DNA of 64,000 bases from an uncultured Actinomycetes bacterium (GTDB lineage: Bacteria; Actinomycetota; UBA4738; HRBIN12): NCBI GenBank assembly GCA_963704885.1, contig CAVPIB010000001.1, positions 256,001-320,000 of the forward strand, given 5' to 3'. A program made the position numbers and the translations under genes. The notes beneath the pieces are model-generated. The model was given only the letters and a program-made list of their open reading frames with translations, did not search any database and was not told the origin of the DNA. This document shows positions 30,972-41,287 of the stretch, piece by piece. How positions within the stretch are numbered: position 1 is the first letter of the stretch; each line of letters opens with the position of its first letter.

Positions 30972-31483
30972 TCTTCAAGAAGGACGAGGATGAGGACGTC
31001 GCCCAGAGCCAGGAGATGGCCGGCGAGACGCACGAACCACGGAAGGAGAGGCAGATGTCGGACAACGGTGAGGTCACGGTCGTCGGCGTGGGTGCGCGTC
31101 TGGACGGCAACGTCGTCTCCGCCGGGAGCCTGCGGATCGACGGACAGGTGAAGGGTCAGATCAACGCCGACGGCGACGTCACCCTGTCACCCCAGAGCCA
31201 GGTGGAGGCTGACATCCGCGCCCAGAACGTATCGGTCGCGGGCCGCTTCAAGGGGAGCATCGCAGTGAAGGGCAAAGCGCACCTGGCACGTGGCGGTCGC
31301 GTCGACGGCAACATCACCTCCAAGACCCTCGTCGTCGAAGAGGGCGCCATCTTCCATGGGCAGAGCATCATGGACGGGACCGCGGCGGCCGCGCCTTCTT
31401 CCGGTCAGTCCGGGTCGGCTCAGAAGGAGAGCCCGGCCGACAAGCCCACGACCGAGAAGACGGAGCAAGTGAAGGTCCCCTAG
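30968..31483 (+). CDS. Bactofilin (polymer-forming cytoskeletal protein)
   Basis: LRIDGQVKGQI, VEADI.A..V.V.G..KG.I, V.GNI..K.L.VEEGA.F.G. Confidence 0.92.
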   Translation: MIFKKDEDEDVAQSQEMAGETHEPRKERQMSDNGEVTVVGVGARLDGNVVSAGSLRIDGQVKGQINADGDVTLSPQSQVEADIRAQNVSVAGRFKGSIAVKGKAHLARGGRVDGNITSKTLVVEEGAIFHGQSIMDGTAAAAPSSGQSGSAQKESPADKPTTEKTEQVKVP

Positions 31484-32755
31484 ATGCTCGATATCAAAGC
31501 GATCCGAGACGACCCCGATCCGTTCCGCAAGGGGCTCGCCCGGCGGAACCTGGCCGATGCAGTAGACGCGCTCCTGGCGGCCGACGAACGTAGACGGAAC
31601 CTCACGGCGAGGGTGGACGAGCTCCGCGCCGAGCAGAACCGTGCCTCCAAGGCGATCGGTGCAGCCCAGGGAGACCAGAAGCAGCAGCTGATCGACGAGG
31701 TGAGCGGCGTGTCCGCCCACCTGAAGCAGCTGGAGCCGGAGCTCGAAGCGGCGGAGGCCGAGCTGGCCGACCTGCTGGCCAAGACACCGAACGTGCCGCA
31801 CGAGAGCTCGCCGAACGGGTTCACCGACGATGACGCCGAGGTGATCCGCGAGGTCGGCGCTCTCCCAGAGTTCGACTTCGAGCCCCGTGATCATGCCGAG
31901 CTGGGCCAGATCCTGGGTGTCCTCGACACCGAACGCGCCGCACGCACCAGCGGCTCGCGCTTCGCCTACCTGCTCGGCGACATCGTGCTGTTGCAGTTCG
32001 CGCTGATCCGTCACGCGCTCGACGTGCTGGTTTCGAAGGGGTTCACGCCGGTCGTGCCCCCCGTGCTGGTGCGCGAGGAAGCCATGTACGGCACAGGCTT
32101 CCTGCCCACCGACGCGGCGCAGCTCTACGTCACGAGCGAGGACGACCTCTACCTGGTGGGCACGGCCGAGGTGCCGCTCGCGGCGTTCCACATGACGGAG
32201 ATCCTGGACGAGTCGGCGCTCCCGATCCGCTACGCGGGCTATTCCACGTGCTTCCGCCGTGAGGCGGGGACGTACGGCAAGGACATGGGGGGCATGTTCC
32301 GGGTCCACCAGTTCGACAAGGTGGAGATGTTCAGCTTCACGACGCCGGAGTCCTCTTGGGACGAACACGACTTCTTACTCTCCGTCGAAGAGGAGATCGT
32401 GGGGAACCTAGAGCTGCCTTATCGCGTGGCGAACATAGCCGCTGGTGACCTGGGTGGCTCGGCTGCGAAGAAGTACGACATCGAGGTGTGGCTGCCGGGG
32501 CAGGGTCGCTACCGCGAGCTCACGTCCTGCTCGAACTGCACGGACTATCAGGCGCGACGCCTGCAGACCCGCGTTCGTCGCGACGGGGGCAAGGTTGAGC
32601 CGGTCCACACGCTCAACGGAACCGCGACGGCACTCGCGCGCACCTTGATCGCGATCATGGAGAACCGCCAGCAGGCCGACGGATCCGTCTCACTTCCCGA
32701 GAAGCTGCATCCCTACCTGCCCGAGTCGGTTCGGGTGCTCGCGCCGAAGGGCTGA
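31484..32755 (+). CDS. serS: Serine--tRNA ligase
   Basis: MLDIKAIR, LVGTAEVP, CFRREAG, FRVHQFDKVEM, ELTSCSNCTDYQARRL, HTLNGT. Confidence 0.98.
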   Translation: MLDIKAIRDDPDPFRKGLARRNLADAVDALLAADERRRNLTARVDELRAEQNRASKAIGAAQGDQKQQLIDEVSGVSAHLKQLEPELEAAEAELADLLAKTPNVPHESSPNGFTDDDAEVIREVGALPEFDFEPRDHAELGQILGVLDTERAARTSGSRFAYLLGDIVLLQFALIRHALDVLVSKGFTPVVPPVLVREEAMYGTGFLPTDAAQLYVTSEDDLYLVGTAEVPLAAFHMTEILDESALPIRYAGYSTCFRREAGTYGKDMGGMFRVHQFDKVEMFSFTTPESSWDEHDFLLSVEEEIVGNLELPYRVANIAAGDLGGSAAKKYDIEVWLPGQGRYRELTSCSNCTDYQARRLQTRVRRDGGKVEPVHTLNGTATALARTLIAIMENRQQADGSVSLPEKLHPYLPESVRVLAPKG

Positions 32756-32763
32756 GGCGCCGG

Positions 32764-35700
32764 TCACTCCTTCACGTCGGCCTGATCGACCTCCGGCAAC
32801 GTCACCGTCAGATCCGATCTCTGGTCCGTGATGTCGAACGTAACCCCGTGCCAAACGAGCCTGCCCTGCTCGTCGTGGCTGGCTAGCCCTTCGCTCCGCA
32901 ACCAGCGGATCCGGCCGTCTCGGGTTATCGCCCGATACTCCTCAGACCACGGTTCCTCGGTGCGGTCGTGCCGAGCGGAAAGAGCAAGCAGCCGCTCCCG
33001 GTCATCCGGATGGACCATGCGCTCGAAGTGACCGGGCTCCGCCAGTAGCTCGTCTGCGGTGTAACCCACGACCTCCTCGACCTGCGGTCCGAAGAAGGTC
33101 GCTCGCCCGCTCCCGGGCTCGCCCTCGACAACCTCGATCCACGGGATCCCTGGCATCCTCTGGACCAGCGATCGCAGCTGAGCCTCTGACCGTCGGAGAC
33201 GCTCCTCCTCGAGCTTTCGTTCGGTGATGTCGATCAGCGCCGATCGGAACCTGAACGGACGACCCTGGTCGTCTCGCGCCACGCACTCGGTCTTGGTGTG
33301 GACCCAGACGACCCGCCCGTCCGGAACTATCAGGCGGAGCTCGTGGGTGATCTCCTCGCCCGTCGCCCATTGCTTCGCGAGGGAAGCCAAGATCTCATCT
33401 CGGTCGTCGGGGTGGATCAGGGCCATCAGCTCGTCCAGCGTCTCGATGGTGAAGGACTTGGCCTCAAGGCCGAGGAGCTGCGCAAGGTTGGTGGTTGCAT
33501 ACAGGATGTTGATCCTGTGTTCGGGTTCGCGGAAGAGCTCGTACGCGTAGCTGGCGAGTGGTCCGTGCTCCGCGATCGCGTGAAGGTTCTCCTCGGCCTC
33601 CCTGGCCCTGTCTTCGGCCATCTTGCGGGCGGTCAGGTCGACCAAGACCCCTTGGAACAGATCTGGCTCCCCGCGGCTGTTCCGGGCGAGCAAGGTACAG
33701 CTATCCAATACCCAGACGATGTGTCCATCCTTGGCGAGGATCCGGTACTCCTGCTCGAACGGCTCGCCCGTATCCTCTGAGCGTTCGGCCGCGGCGATGA
33801 CGCGATCGCGATCGTGCGGGTGCACTCGGTCCTGCCAAAGGGTCGGGTGCCTCCACTCCTCGGGGCTGTAGCCGATCAGCTGTTCGATCTGCGGGCTGTA
33901 ATAGGAGCGGGGATCGTTCGCCCTGTCGGGGCCGACTACCCACATGTAGACGACCGCGGGCACGGCTTCGACCAGGTTGCGGTATCGCTCGTGAGCTTCG
34001 CGGAGCTCCATCTCCACCCGACGTCGCTCGCCGATCTCGAGCGCCATCAACTCGTTCGCCTCTTCGAGCTCTGCCGTGCGCTCCCCGACACGCAGTTCCA
34101 ACTCGTCGTTCATCAGTCGGAGCCGCTCTTCAAGTTCCTTCTGGGGAGTGACGTCCACCATCACGCCCTGCCACGTCGGTGATCGACCTTCGATGTCGCG
34201 AAGCATCACCGCCTGGTCGCGCACCCACACGACGCGTCCGTCGCTCGCGATCAACCGGTAGTCCTGGCTCCAGGGCTCTCCCGTCTGGCTGTGCTGGTCG
34301 TGCGCGGCCAGTGTGATCTCACGGTCCTCGGGGTGCAGAAGCTCCGTCCAGATGTCGGGCTGATCGAGCCACTCCTGCCTGGAGTAGCCGAAGAGGGTCG
34401 CGACCTGAGGGCTCACGTAGAGCGTCCGGCGCTCGTCGTCCAGGCTCATCTCGTAGACGACCGCGGGGGACTGCTCGACCAGGGCACGGAAACGCGCGTT
34501 CGAGCGCTGCATCTCTTCTTCGGCCAACTTGCGATCCGTGATGTCTTGTATGACCCCCTGCCAGTGAACTGGGGTGCCGTCCGGTGCTCTCACGAGAAGT
34601 GCGTCATCGTTCACCCAAACGATCCGGCCATCTGGACGAATGAGCCGGTATTCGTCCCGGAAACGCTCGCCCGTTCGTAGCGCCTCCAACCAGCGCTCGT
34701 GCACGCGCCCTTGATCGTCGGGATGGATCGTCTCATCCCACCGTTTCGGACGATCTTGGTACTCATCCAGCGTGATGCCGAACAGCTCGGTGACGTTCGG
34801 ACTCATATAGAGCGACTTGGGGATCTCGTCGTTGGAGTCGATGTAGACCACTGCGGGAACGTGTTCGACCAGCAACCTGTAGCGACCCTCCGACTCGCGA
34901 AGCGCCTCCTCCGCCAGCTTGGCATCGGTGATATCCAGCACGACCCCGTGCCAGTAGAAGGACTCCCCATCGGCGCTTCGCACCAGCCGAGCCGTGTCGT
35001 GTAGCCATACTGTCCGCCCGTCTGCGCGGGTGGCGGCGTACTCGCTCGAGAACGTGGTTCGATCACGGACGCATCTCTCCCACTCGGCGAGCATGCGGTG
35101 GCCTTGCTCAGGGGGCATGACCTTCCACCAGAGGTCCTGGTCTTCGATCCAACGCTCCGGCGCGAAGCCGAGGATCTCCTGGACCTGTGGGCTGACGTAG
35201 GTCATAGAGGGATCAGGCTCGTCAGTGGCGATGTATACGTACGCCGGGATGTCCTCGACGAGCGCCCGGTAGCGCGCCTCCGAGTCGCGTAGTCGCTGCT
35301 CGCTCTCACGTCTGGCCGAGATGTCCAGGATCAATCCTTGCCAGAAGAGCGGGGTGCCGTCCTCGGACCGGATCAGTCGAGCGATGTCCTTGACCCACAC
35401 CACATGGCCGTCTCGGTGGATGAGCCGGTACTCGTGCTCCGACCTAGCCCCCTGGTCGAGGTTGGCCGGCCAGTCCCGCGCGAAGAGGTTCTGGTCGTCC
35501 GGATGGAGGACCCTGATCCAAAGGTCTGGATCGTTGATCCACTCCTCCGTTCGGTACCCGGTCAGCTGTTCGGTGTACGGGCTCACGTATAGCGTCTTAG
35601 GCTGCTCCTCGAAGGAGTCGACGTAGATCACGCCTGGTATCTGCTCGATCAGCGCCCTGTATTTGGCCTCGGATTCGGCATGAGCGTGCTCGGCGTCAGT

Positions 35701-36099
35701 GGTTCTGGTCAGATCGGTCAACACGCCGAACCAAAGGGCCTCACGGCCGTGCGATGCGGGCACGACCCGCGCCTGGCTGTGAACCCACCGGAACGAACCA
35801 TCCGGCTGGATCAGCCGATACTCCTCGTCCCAGTCCTCTCCGGTAGCGTCCGCGTTGATGGAGCGCTCCCAGAGGCGCTCGCGGTCCTCGGGATGCAACA
35901 GCTGGTTGCGCCCACGAGCGTCCACCATGAGGGCTTCGCATGGGATCCCGAGGACGGACTCGCACTGCGGGCTCACATAGAGAGGAGCCTCGTCCGGGTG
36001 GTCGAAGCGCATGACGTAAGTGACGGCCGAGATGGACTCCACGAGCCGTTCGAACAGGTCCTCGGGGATCTCGCCCGAGCCGGGCGCCGACCCGCTCAT
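32764..36099 (-). CDS. Multi-PAS domain protein (8 PAS/PAC repeats, no output domain)
   Basis: Repeats of (Y/F)RxLVExxP..YVSPQ..HPxD..EYR..DG..VW..D..W.G...DIT; start near 36099 (the ORF-track extension overlaps the tRNA). Confidence 0.88.
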   Translation of the reverse strand: MSGSAPGSGEIPEDLFERLVESISAVTYVMRFDHPDEAPLYVSPQCESVLGIPCEALMVDARGRNQLLHPEDRERLWERSINADATGEDWDEEYRLIQPDGSFRWVHSQARVVPASHGREALWFGVLTDLTRTTDAEHAHAESEAKYRALIEQIPGVIYVDSFEEQPKTLYVSPYTEQLTGYRTEEWINDPDLWIRVLHPDDQNLFARDWPANLDQGARSEHEYRLIHRDGHVVWVKDIARLIRSEDGTPLFWQGLILDISARRESEQRLRDSEARYRALVEDIPAYVYIATDEPDPSMTYVSPQVQEILGFAPERWIEDQDLWWKVMPPEQGHRMLAEWERCVRDRTTFSSEYAATRADGRTVWLHDTARLVRSADGESFYWHGVVLDITDAKLAEEALRESEGRYRLLVEHVPAVVYIDSNDEIPKSLYMSPNVTELFGITLDEYQDRPKRWDETIHPDDQGRVHERWLEALRTGERFRDEYRLIRPDGRIVWVNDDALLVRAPDGTPVHWQGVIQDITDRKLAEEEMQRSNARFRALVEQSPAVVYEMSLDDERRTLYVSPQVATLFGYSRQEWLDQPDIWTELLHPEDREITLAAHDQHSQTGEPWSQDYRLIASDGRVVWVRDQAVMLRDIEGRSPTWQGVMVDVTPQKELEERLRLMNDELELRVGERTAELEEANELMALEIGERRRVEMELREAHERYRNLVEAVPAVVYMWVVGPDRANDPRSYYSPQIEQLIGYSPEEWRHPTLWQDRVHPHDRDRVIAAAERSEDTGEPFEQEYRILAKDGHIVWVLDSCTLLARNSRGEPDLFQGVLVDLTARKMAEDRAREAEENLHAIAEHGPLASYAYELFREPEHRINILYATTNLAQLLGLEAKSFTIETLDELMALIHPDDRDEILASLAKQWATGEEITHELRLIVPDGRVVWVHTKTECVARDDQGRPFRFRSALIDITERKLEEERLRRSEAQLRSLVQRMPGIPWIEVVEGEPGSGRATFFGPQVEEVVGYTADELLAEPGHFERMVHPDDRERLLALSARHDRTEEPWSEEYRAITRDGRIRWLRSEGLASHDEQGRLVWHGVTFDITDQRSDLTVTLPEVDQADVKE

Positions 36100-36173
36100 C
36101 ACTCGAGCCCAACGTCGGCGCGCATCCGCCAAGCGTAATCCCGGTCCGTCGAACGCGCTACTAGACTCCCGAC

Positions 36174-36260
36174 GGGAGGATGGCCGAGTGGACGAAGGCG
36201 ACGGTCTTGAAAACCGTTGGTCCCGCAAGGGGCTCGTGGGTTCGAATCCCACTCCTCCCG
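36174..36260 (+). tRNA. tRNA-Ser(TGA)
   Basis: Acceptor GGGAGGA/TCCTCCC, anticodon arm ACGGT-CTTGAAA-ACCGT, long variable arm, GTTCGAATC; CCA not encoded. Confidence 0.96.
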
Positions 36261-36294
36261 CGGCGGTCCTTGGGTTCACTTCTATCCTTACGTC

Positions 36295-37335
36295 GTGAGC
36301 ACCGGCGTGCTAAACGACCGATTCCTGAGTGCCTGCCGTCGCCTGCCGGTCGACCGCACGCCGGTGTGGTTCATGCGACAGGCGGGCCGGTACCTCCCCG
36401 AGTACCGAAAGATCCGTGGTGACGGCGACATCTTGGAGACGTGCCGGCACCCGGATCTGGTCGTGGAGATCACGATGCAGCCCCTTCGCAGGATGGCGGT
36501 GGATGCCGCGATCGTGTTCAGCGACATCATGGTGCCGTTAGAGGCCGTGGGGGTTCCCGTTCGGATCGAGCCCGGTCGGGGACCGGTCGTAGACGAGCCC
36601 ATCCGCGACGGCGCCGGCGTCGCGAGGCTAAGACCATTAGAGCCGGAGCAGGATGTACCTCATGTGCTCGAGGCGATCCGGCTTCTGCGCGGCGAGTTGA
36701 CCGTTCCGCTGATCGGGTTCGTGGGGGCGCCCTTCACGCTAGCCAGCTATCTGATCGAGGGCGGACCTTCACGGACCCACGAGCGAACGAAGGCGCTCCT
36801 GCTGGGTGACCCGTCGACCTGGGAAGCGCTGATGGACGCGCTGGTCGGGATCGTGCTGCCACATGTCCGCGCGCAGGTCGCCTCGGGCGCGCAGGCGATC
36901 CAGATCTTCGACTCTTGGGTCGGGGCGCTCGATCCCGGCACGTACGAACGCTCCGTTCTCCCATCCATGCGCCGTCTGTTCGATGGTCTCGTGGACCTCG
37001 ACGTGCCCACGATCCACTTCGGCGTAGGGACGGGGGAGTTGCTCTCGTTGATGCGCGGTGCCGGCGGCGATGTGATCGGTGTGGACTGGCGCACCCCGAT
37101 CGATGTGGCGTGGTCCCGGGTCGGGTCGGAGGTTGCCGTCCAGGGGAACCTGGACCCGGCGGTCCTGTCCGCTCCTTGGGAAAGGGTCGCCGAGGAGGCG
37201 GATCGGGTTCTGGATCAAGCCGGGATGCGTGATGGACATATCTTCAACCTCGGCCACGGCGTCCCCCCGAGTACGGATCCCGACACGCTCGTCCAGCTTG
37301 TGGATCTGGTCCACGACCGGACCGAACGAACCTGA
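36295..37335 (+). CDS. hemE: Uroporphyrinogen decarboxylase
   Basis: PVWFMRQAGRYLPEY, FSDI, GAPFTLASY, QIFDSW, QGNLDP, IFNLGHG. Confidence 0.97.
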   Translation: MSTGVLNDRFLSACRRLPVDRTPVWFMRQAGRYLPEYRKIRGDGDILETCRHPDLVVEITMQPLRRMAVDAAIVFSDIMVPLEAVGVPVRIEPGRGPVVDEPIRDGAGVARLRPLEPEQDVPHVLEAIRLLRGELTVPLIGFVGAPFTLASYLIEGGPSRTHERTKALLLGDPSTWEALMDALVGIVLPHVRAQVASGAQAIQIFDSWVGALDPGTYERSVLPSMRRLFDGLVDLDVPTIHFGVGTGELLSLMRGAGGDVIGVDWRTPIDVAWSRVGSEVAVQGNLDPAVLSAPWERVAEEADRVLDQAGMRDGHIFNLGHGVPPSTDPDTLVQLVDLVHDRTERT

Positions 37336-37339
37336 GCTC

Positions 37340-37367
37340 TCAAGGCGTCCTGAGCACGTTCCGATGG
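37340..37367 (+). promoter_or_regulatory. Candidate sigma28/WhiG-like promoter
   Basis: TCAA-N16-TCCGATGG ending 21 nt upstream of the histidine kinase ATG. Confidence 0.4.
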
Positions 37368-37388
37368 GTCCTGTGGGGGTCTAGACGC

Positions 37389-38921
37389 ATGGACGACACG
37401 AGGGACGAGGTCTCCGCCGAGATCCGGAAAGAGGCGCGGGTAGTGGGCCTGCGCGGGTTCAACACGCCCTCTTTGGAGTCGGTCGAGCGCAGGCGACTCC
37501 AGCTCTGGATCCTGAGCGCGGTTCTGCTGATCTCGGTGTCGCTGGGCGTCGTGGTGTTGTCGGTGTTGCCGGTGACAGAGCGTTGGTCGCCCGTGTCGCC
37601 TGGGGTGCTCCGACTCTCCGTCGTCCTACTGTCGATAGCCTTCTCGGTCTATGCGATCGAGCAAGAGCTCCATCTGCATCGGCTGGCCAGGATGCTGGTC
37701 GACGAGCGCGTCCTGTCCACGGCTCTCACCAACCGACTGCACGAGGTCTCGCTGTTGCTCGAAGCCGGCAAGGCGATCAACTCGGTCTTGGACCTGAACG
37801 CCGTCCTGGAGACGATCCTGCGCGGCGCGATCGACCTGCTGGGCGGGACGAGCGGCTCGATCCTATTGGCCGAGGGTGATGACCTGGTGTCGGCCTGCGT
37901 TCAAGGCAACGATCGGGCGCAGGGTCGCCGCGTCCCGCTGGGCGAAGGCATCGCGGGACACGTTGCCCGAACGCGGGAACCTCTGTTGATAGATGGCGAC
38001 GCCGACCCGGGGGACTTTCCCGGCCTCGTCCCGCACGACGTTGCGATCGAGAGCGCGATCAGCGTTCCGTTGGTTAACCGCGACGACCTGCTCGGAGTCC
38101 TCAACGTGAACGCCGCCGCCGGTCGGACGTTCACCGAGTACGACCTCCGCGCGATGTCTGTCTTCGCCGAGCAGGCGGCGGCCGCGATCGCGAACGCGCG
38201 GCTGTACGAGGCGGAGCGGGATCATGTCGCCGAGCTGATCGAGCTCGACCGGATGAAACGCGACTTCTTGGACCTGATGACCCACGAGCTGAAGACTCCG
38301 ATCACGTCGGTCCTCGCGGCCGTGGAGATCGCAGGTCGTCGGGGGATGGAGGCCGAACGCGACGAGATGCACGACATCATCGCCCGTCAGGCTCGTCGGC
38401 TGGACGAAATGGTAGGGAGTCTGCTCACCGCCGCGCGGCTGGATCGCACCGACGCGCCCCAGGCGGTCATGGCGATCGACGTCGTCGAGCGGGTTAACCT
38501 GGCCGCCACGGAGTCGGCAGTTCTGGAACATCCGGTCGAGGTCACGGGAGCGGCCCGGGCGTGGGCGCTCGCGGACACCGAGGCTCTGCGGCACGTGCTC
38601 GACAACCTGATCGACAACGCCTGGAAGTACGGCGTGCCTCCGATCCGTGTCGACGTCGCGGTCGAGGCAGACCGGGTCGTCTTGTCGGTCCTGGACTCCG
38701 GCGCAGGGATCCCCCTCGCCGATCGGGAACGGATCTTCGATCGGTTCCAGCGGCTCGACCGTACCCGCGCGCAGCCGGGGCTCGGACTTGGCCTACCGAT
38801 CGTGCGTGGCTTCGCCCGATCGCTGGGCGGGGACGTGTGGATCGACGACGCGCCGGGAGGCGGTGCCGCTTTCCACGTCTCGCTTCGCCGCACGGCGCAG
38901 GAGGTTCTAGCGGCAGGCTGA
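37389..38921 (+). CDS. Sensor histidine kinase (2 TM, GAF, HisKA, HATPase)
   Basis: GEGIAG..A...EP GAF; THELKTP H-box; NLIDNA.KY, D.G.GI, IFDRF, GLGL. Confidence 0.93.
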   Translation: MDDTRDEVSAEIRKEARVVGLRGFNTPSLESVERRRLQLWILSAVLLISVSLGVVVLSVLPVTERWSPVSPGVLRLSVVLLSIAFSVYAIEQELHLHRLARMLVDERVLSTALTNRLHEVSLLLEAGKAINSVLDLNAVLETILRGAIDLLGGTSGSILLAEGDDLVSACVQGNDRAQGRRVPLGEGIAGHVARTREPLLIDGDADPGDFPGLVPHDVAIESAISVPLVNRDDLLGVLNVNAAAGRTFTEYDLRAMSVFAEQAAAAIANARLYEAERDHVAELIELDRMKRDFLDLMTHELKTPITSVLAAVEIAGRRGMEAERDEMHDIIARQARRLDEMVGSLLTAARLDRTDAPQAVMAIDVVERVNLAATESAVLEHPVEVTGAARAWALADTEALRHVLDNLIDNAWKYGVPPIRVDVAVEADRVVLSVLDSGAGIPLADRERIFDRFQRLDRTRAQPGLGLGLPIVRGFARSLGGDVWIDDAPGGGAAFHVSLRRTAQEVLAAG

Positions 38922-38947
38922 TCCGACAGGGTACGTATCCTGTCCGG

Positions 38948-39931
38948 ATGAGCGACACTCCGATCGGCGTCTTGGTCATGGCCTACGGGACCGCGAGCGG
39001 GCCAGCGGACATCGAGCGCTACTACACCGATATCCGCGGCGGTCGCGTACCTTCGCCGGAGCACCTCCAGGAGCTGCGCGACCGCTACTCCGCGATCGGT
39101 AACGTCTTCCCGTTGCTCGACACGACCCGCGCGCAGGCAGAGGGCATCGTGGAGAGGCTGAACGACGACGTTGGGCGCGACGATGCGTTCCGTGCCTACA
39201 TAGGCATGAAGCACTCGGACCCGTCCGTCCCGGACGCGATCGCGCGGATGCGTGCCGATGGGGTGGAGCGGGCGATCGGGATCGTGATGGCCCCGCACTG
39301 GTCGGGCATGTCCGTTGAGACTTACATCGAACGGGCTATCAAGGCCGCGAGCGACGACGGAGGTGGCCCGGCCTTCACGTTCGTTCGTTCGTACCACGAC
39401 CATCCTGCATTCGTGACGTTCCTGACCGACCGTGTGCGCGATGCGTTGGGACGTCTCACCGAGGACGAACGCGCGAACGCCACCACGGTCTTCTCGGCTC
39501 ATTCCCTGCCCGTGCGGACGATCGACGACGGCTCGCAGCGCTGCAAGACCTGCGACTGCGAACCTTCGTGCCGGTATCGCGACGGCCTCCAGCGAACGGC
39601 AGACCTGGTCGCGGAGCGCCTTGGCTTGAACGACTACCTGATCGCATGGCAGAGCGCCGGTCGGACGAGCGACCCTTGGTGGGGTCCGCCGATCGAAGAG
39701 GTGATCCGGCAGCTCGCCGTCGACGGTCGCGCCGCTGTGGTCGTCTGCTCGGCGGGGTTCGTGTCCGACCACCTGGAGATCCTGTACGACCTGGACATCG
39801 AGGCGCGCAGGCTGGCGGAAGGGGCCGGGCTCCGGTTCGAGCGCACGCGGATGCCGAACGCCGATCCCGCGTACCTGGATGTCCTCGCCGCGGTGGTTCG
39901 CGAGCACCTGGTCGAGGTTCCTGCGGGATGA
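38948..39931 (+). CDS. hemH: Coproporphyrin/protoporphyrin ferrochelatase
   Basis: LVMAYGT, FSAHSLP, WQSAG..PW.GP, GFVSDHLEILYDLD. Confidence 0.95.
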   Translation: MSDTPIGVLVMAYGTASGPADIERYYTDIRGGRVPSPEHLQELRDRYSAIGNVFPLLDTTRAQAEGIVERLNDDVGRDDAFRAYIGMKHSDPSVPDAIARMRADGVERAIGIVMAPHWSGMSVETYIERAIKAASDDGGGPAFTFVRSYHDHPAFVTFLTDRVRDALGRLTEDERANATTVFSAHSLPVRTIDDGSQRCKTCDCEPSCRYRDGLQRTADLVAERLGLNDYLIAWQSAGRTSDPWWGPPIEEVIRQLAVDGRAAVVVCSAGFVSDHLEILYDLDIEARRLAEGAGLRFERTRMPNADPAYLDVLAAVVREHLVEVPAG

Positions 39932-41287
39932 GTCGGCCCGGACAGGTCGCGGTCATCGGCGGCGGGTGTCGCGGGACTTACAACCGCCTACCGGCTCATG
40001 AACGCGGGCGTGGGAGTGACCGTTCACGAGGGCTCCGGGCGCCTCGGCGGCAAGCTTGGCCTGATCCAGGTCGGAGACCTTCAACTCGAGGCCGGAGCCG
40101 ACGCCTTCGTTGCTCGCAAACCGTGGGCCGTCGATCTTTGCCGAGAGCTCGGCCTCGGCGGGGAGCTCATCAGCCCCGCCGCGACGGGGGCCTACCTTTG
40201 GACCGACCGAGGGTTGGTCCCGTTCACGAAGGACGCGCCGTTCGGGATCCCCGGCGACGTTGGCGACGTGTTCCGGTGGCCGGGTCTGTCCGGGGCCGGC
40301 CGAAGGCGCGCGCTGCAAGATCTCCTGCGTGGCAAACGCAAGGACGGCGAGGAGGAGACGCTCGGAGCGTTGCTCCGGCGCCGGCTGGGCGATGAGGCGA
40401 CGGACATGTCCGTGGCTCCTCTGCTGGCCGGGCTGTATGCGGGGGATGTCGATCGGCTCTCGGCTCCCGCCACGTTCCCGGAGCTCGTGGCGTGGGAGGC
40501 GGCGCAGGGGAGCCTCATCCGTGGCTCGCAGGCCGCATCACGCGCATCCCGCCGAAGCGACCCGGGGCCCATGTTCGTGAAGCCGCGGGCAGGGGTGTCG
40601 CGGTTGACAGAGGCGCTGACTGGCGCGTTGGGCGACCGGGTCGCGACAAACGCGTCCATCGGCTCGCTTGACGAGGTAGCCGGTGCCGACGCGGTCGTCC
40701 TGGCCACGCCCGCCTTCGAGGCTGCCCGGCTGGTCGACCCGCGCGCCCCCGAGGCCGCCGAGCTGTTGAATGGGATCCCGTACGCCTCGACGGCCGTCGT
40801 CTTCGCGCTGTATCCCGAGGGGACGGCGAGCGCGCTCCCGCCTGGGACGGGATTCGTCGTTCCTCGCGACAAGGCGCCCATGACAGCCTGCACGTGGATC
40901 AGCTCCAAGTGGCCCGACCAGGCGTTCGGCACGCGCGCCGTGCTGCGGTGCTTCGTCGGCGCGGTCGGCGACGAGGACGTGGTGGAGGCTGCCGACGACG
41001 AGTTGATACAGGCGTGCGCCCGGCACCTGGCCGCGGTGGTGGATCTCCCGGGGCGCCCGGCAGAGGCCGCGGTGGTGCGATGGCGGCGAGCCATGCCGCA
41101 ATACGAGCTGGGGCATCTGGACCGCGTGCGGCGGATCAGGCAGAGCCTGCCCGCGGGTATCTTCGTGGTGGGCTCCGCCTACGACGGCGTGGGCATCCCC
41201 GACTGCGTCCGTGCGGCCGGCGAAACGGCCGAGCAGGTCGTGTCGCACCTGGCCGGAGCGGCGCTCGACAAGGAGACGGCCGGATGA
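39928..41287 (+). CDS. hemY: Coproporphyrinogen/protoporphyrinogen oxidase HemY/HemG (frameshift near 39967)
   Basis: MSRPGQVAVIGGG, then after one extra base VAGLTTAY...RLGGK..EAGADAF, PLLAGLYAGD, AMPQY..GH, YDGVGIPDCV. Confidence 0.9.
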
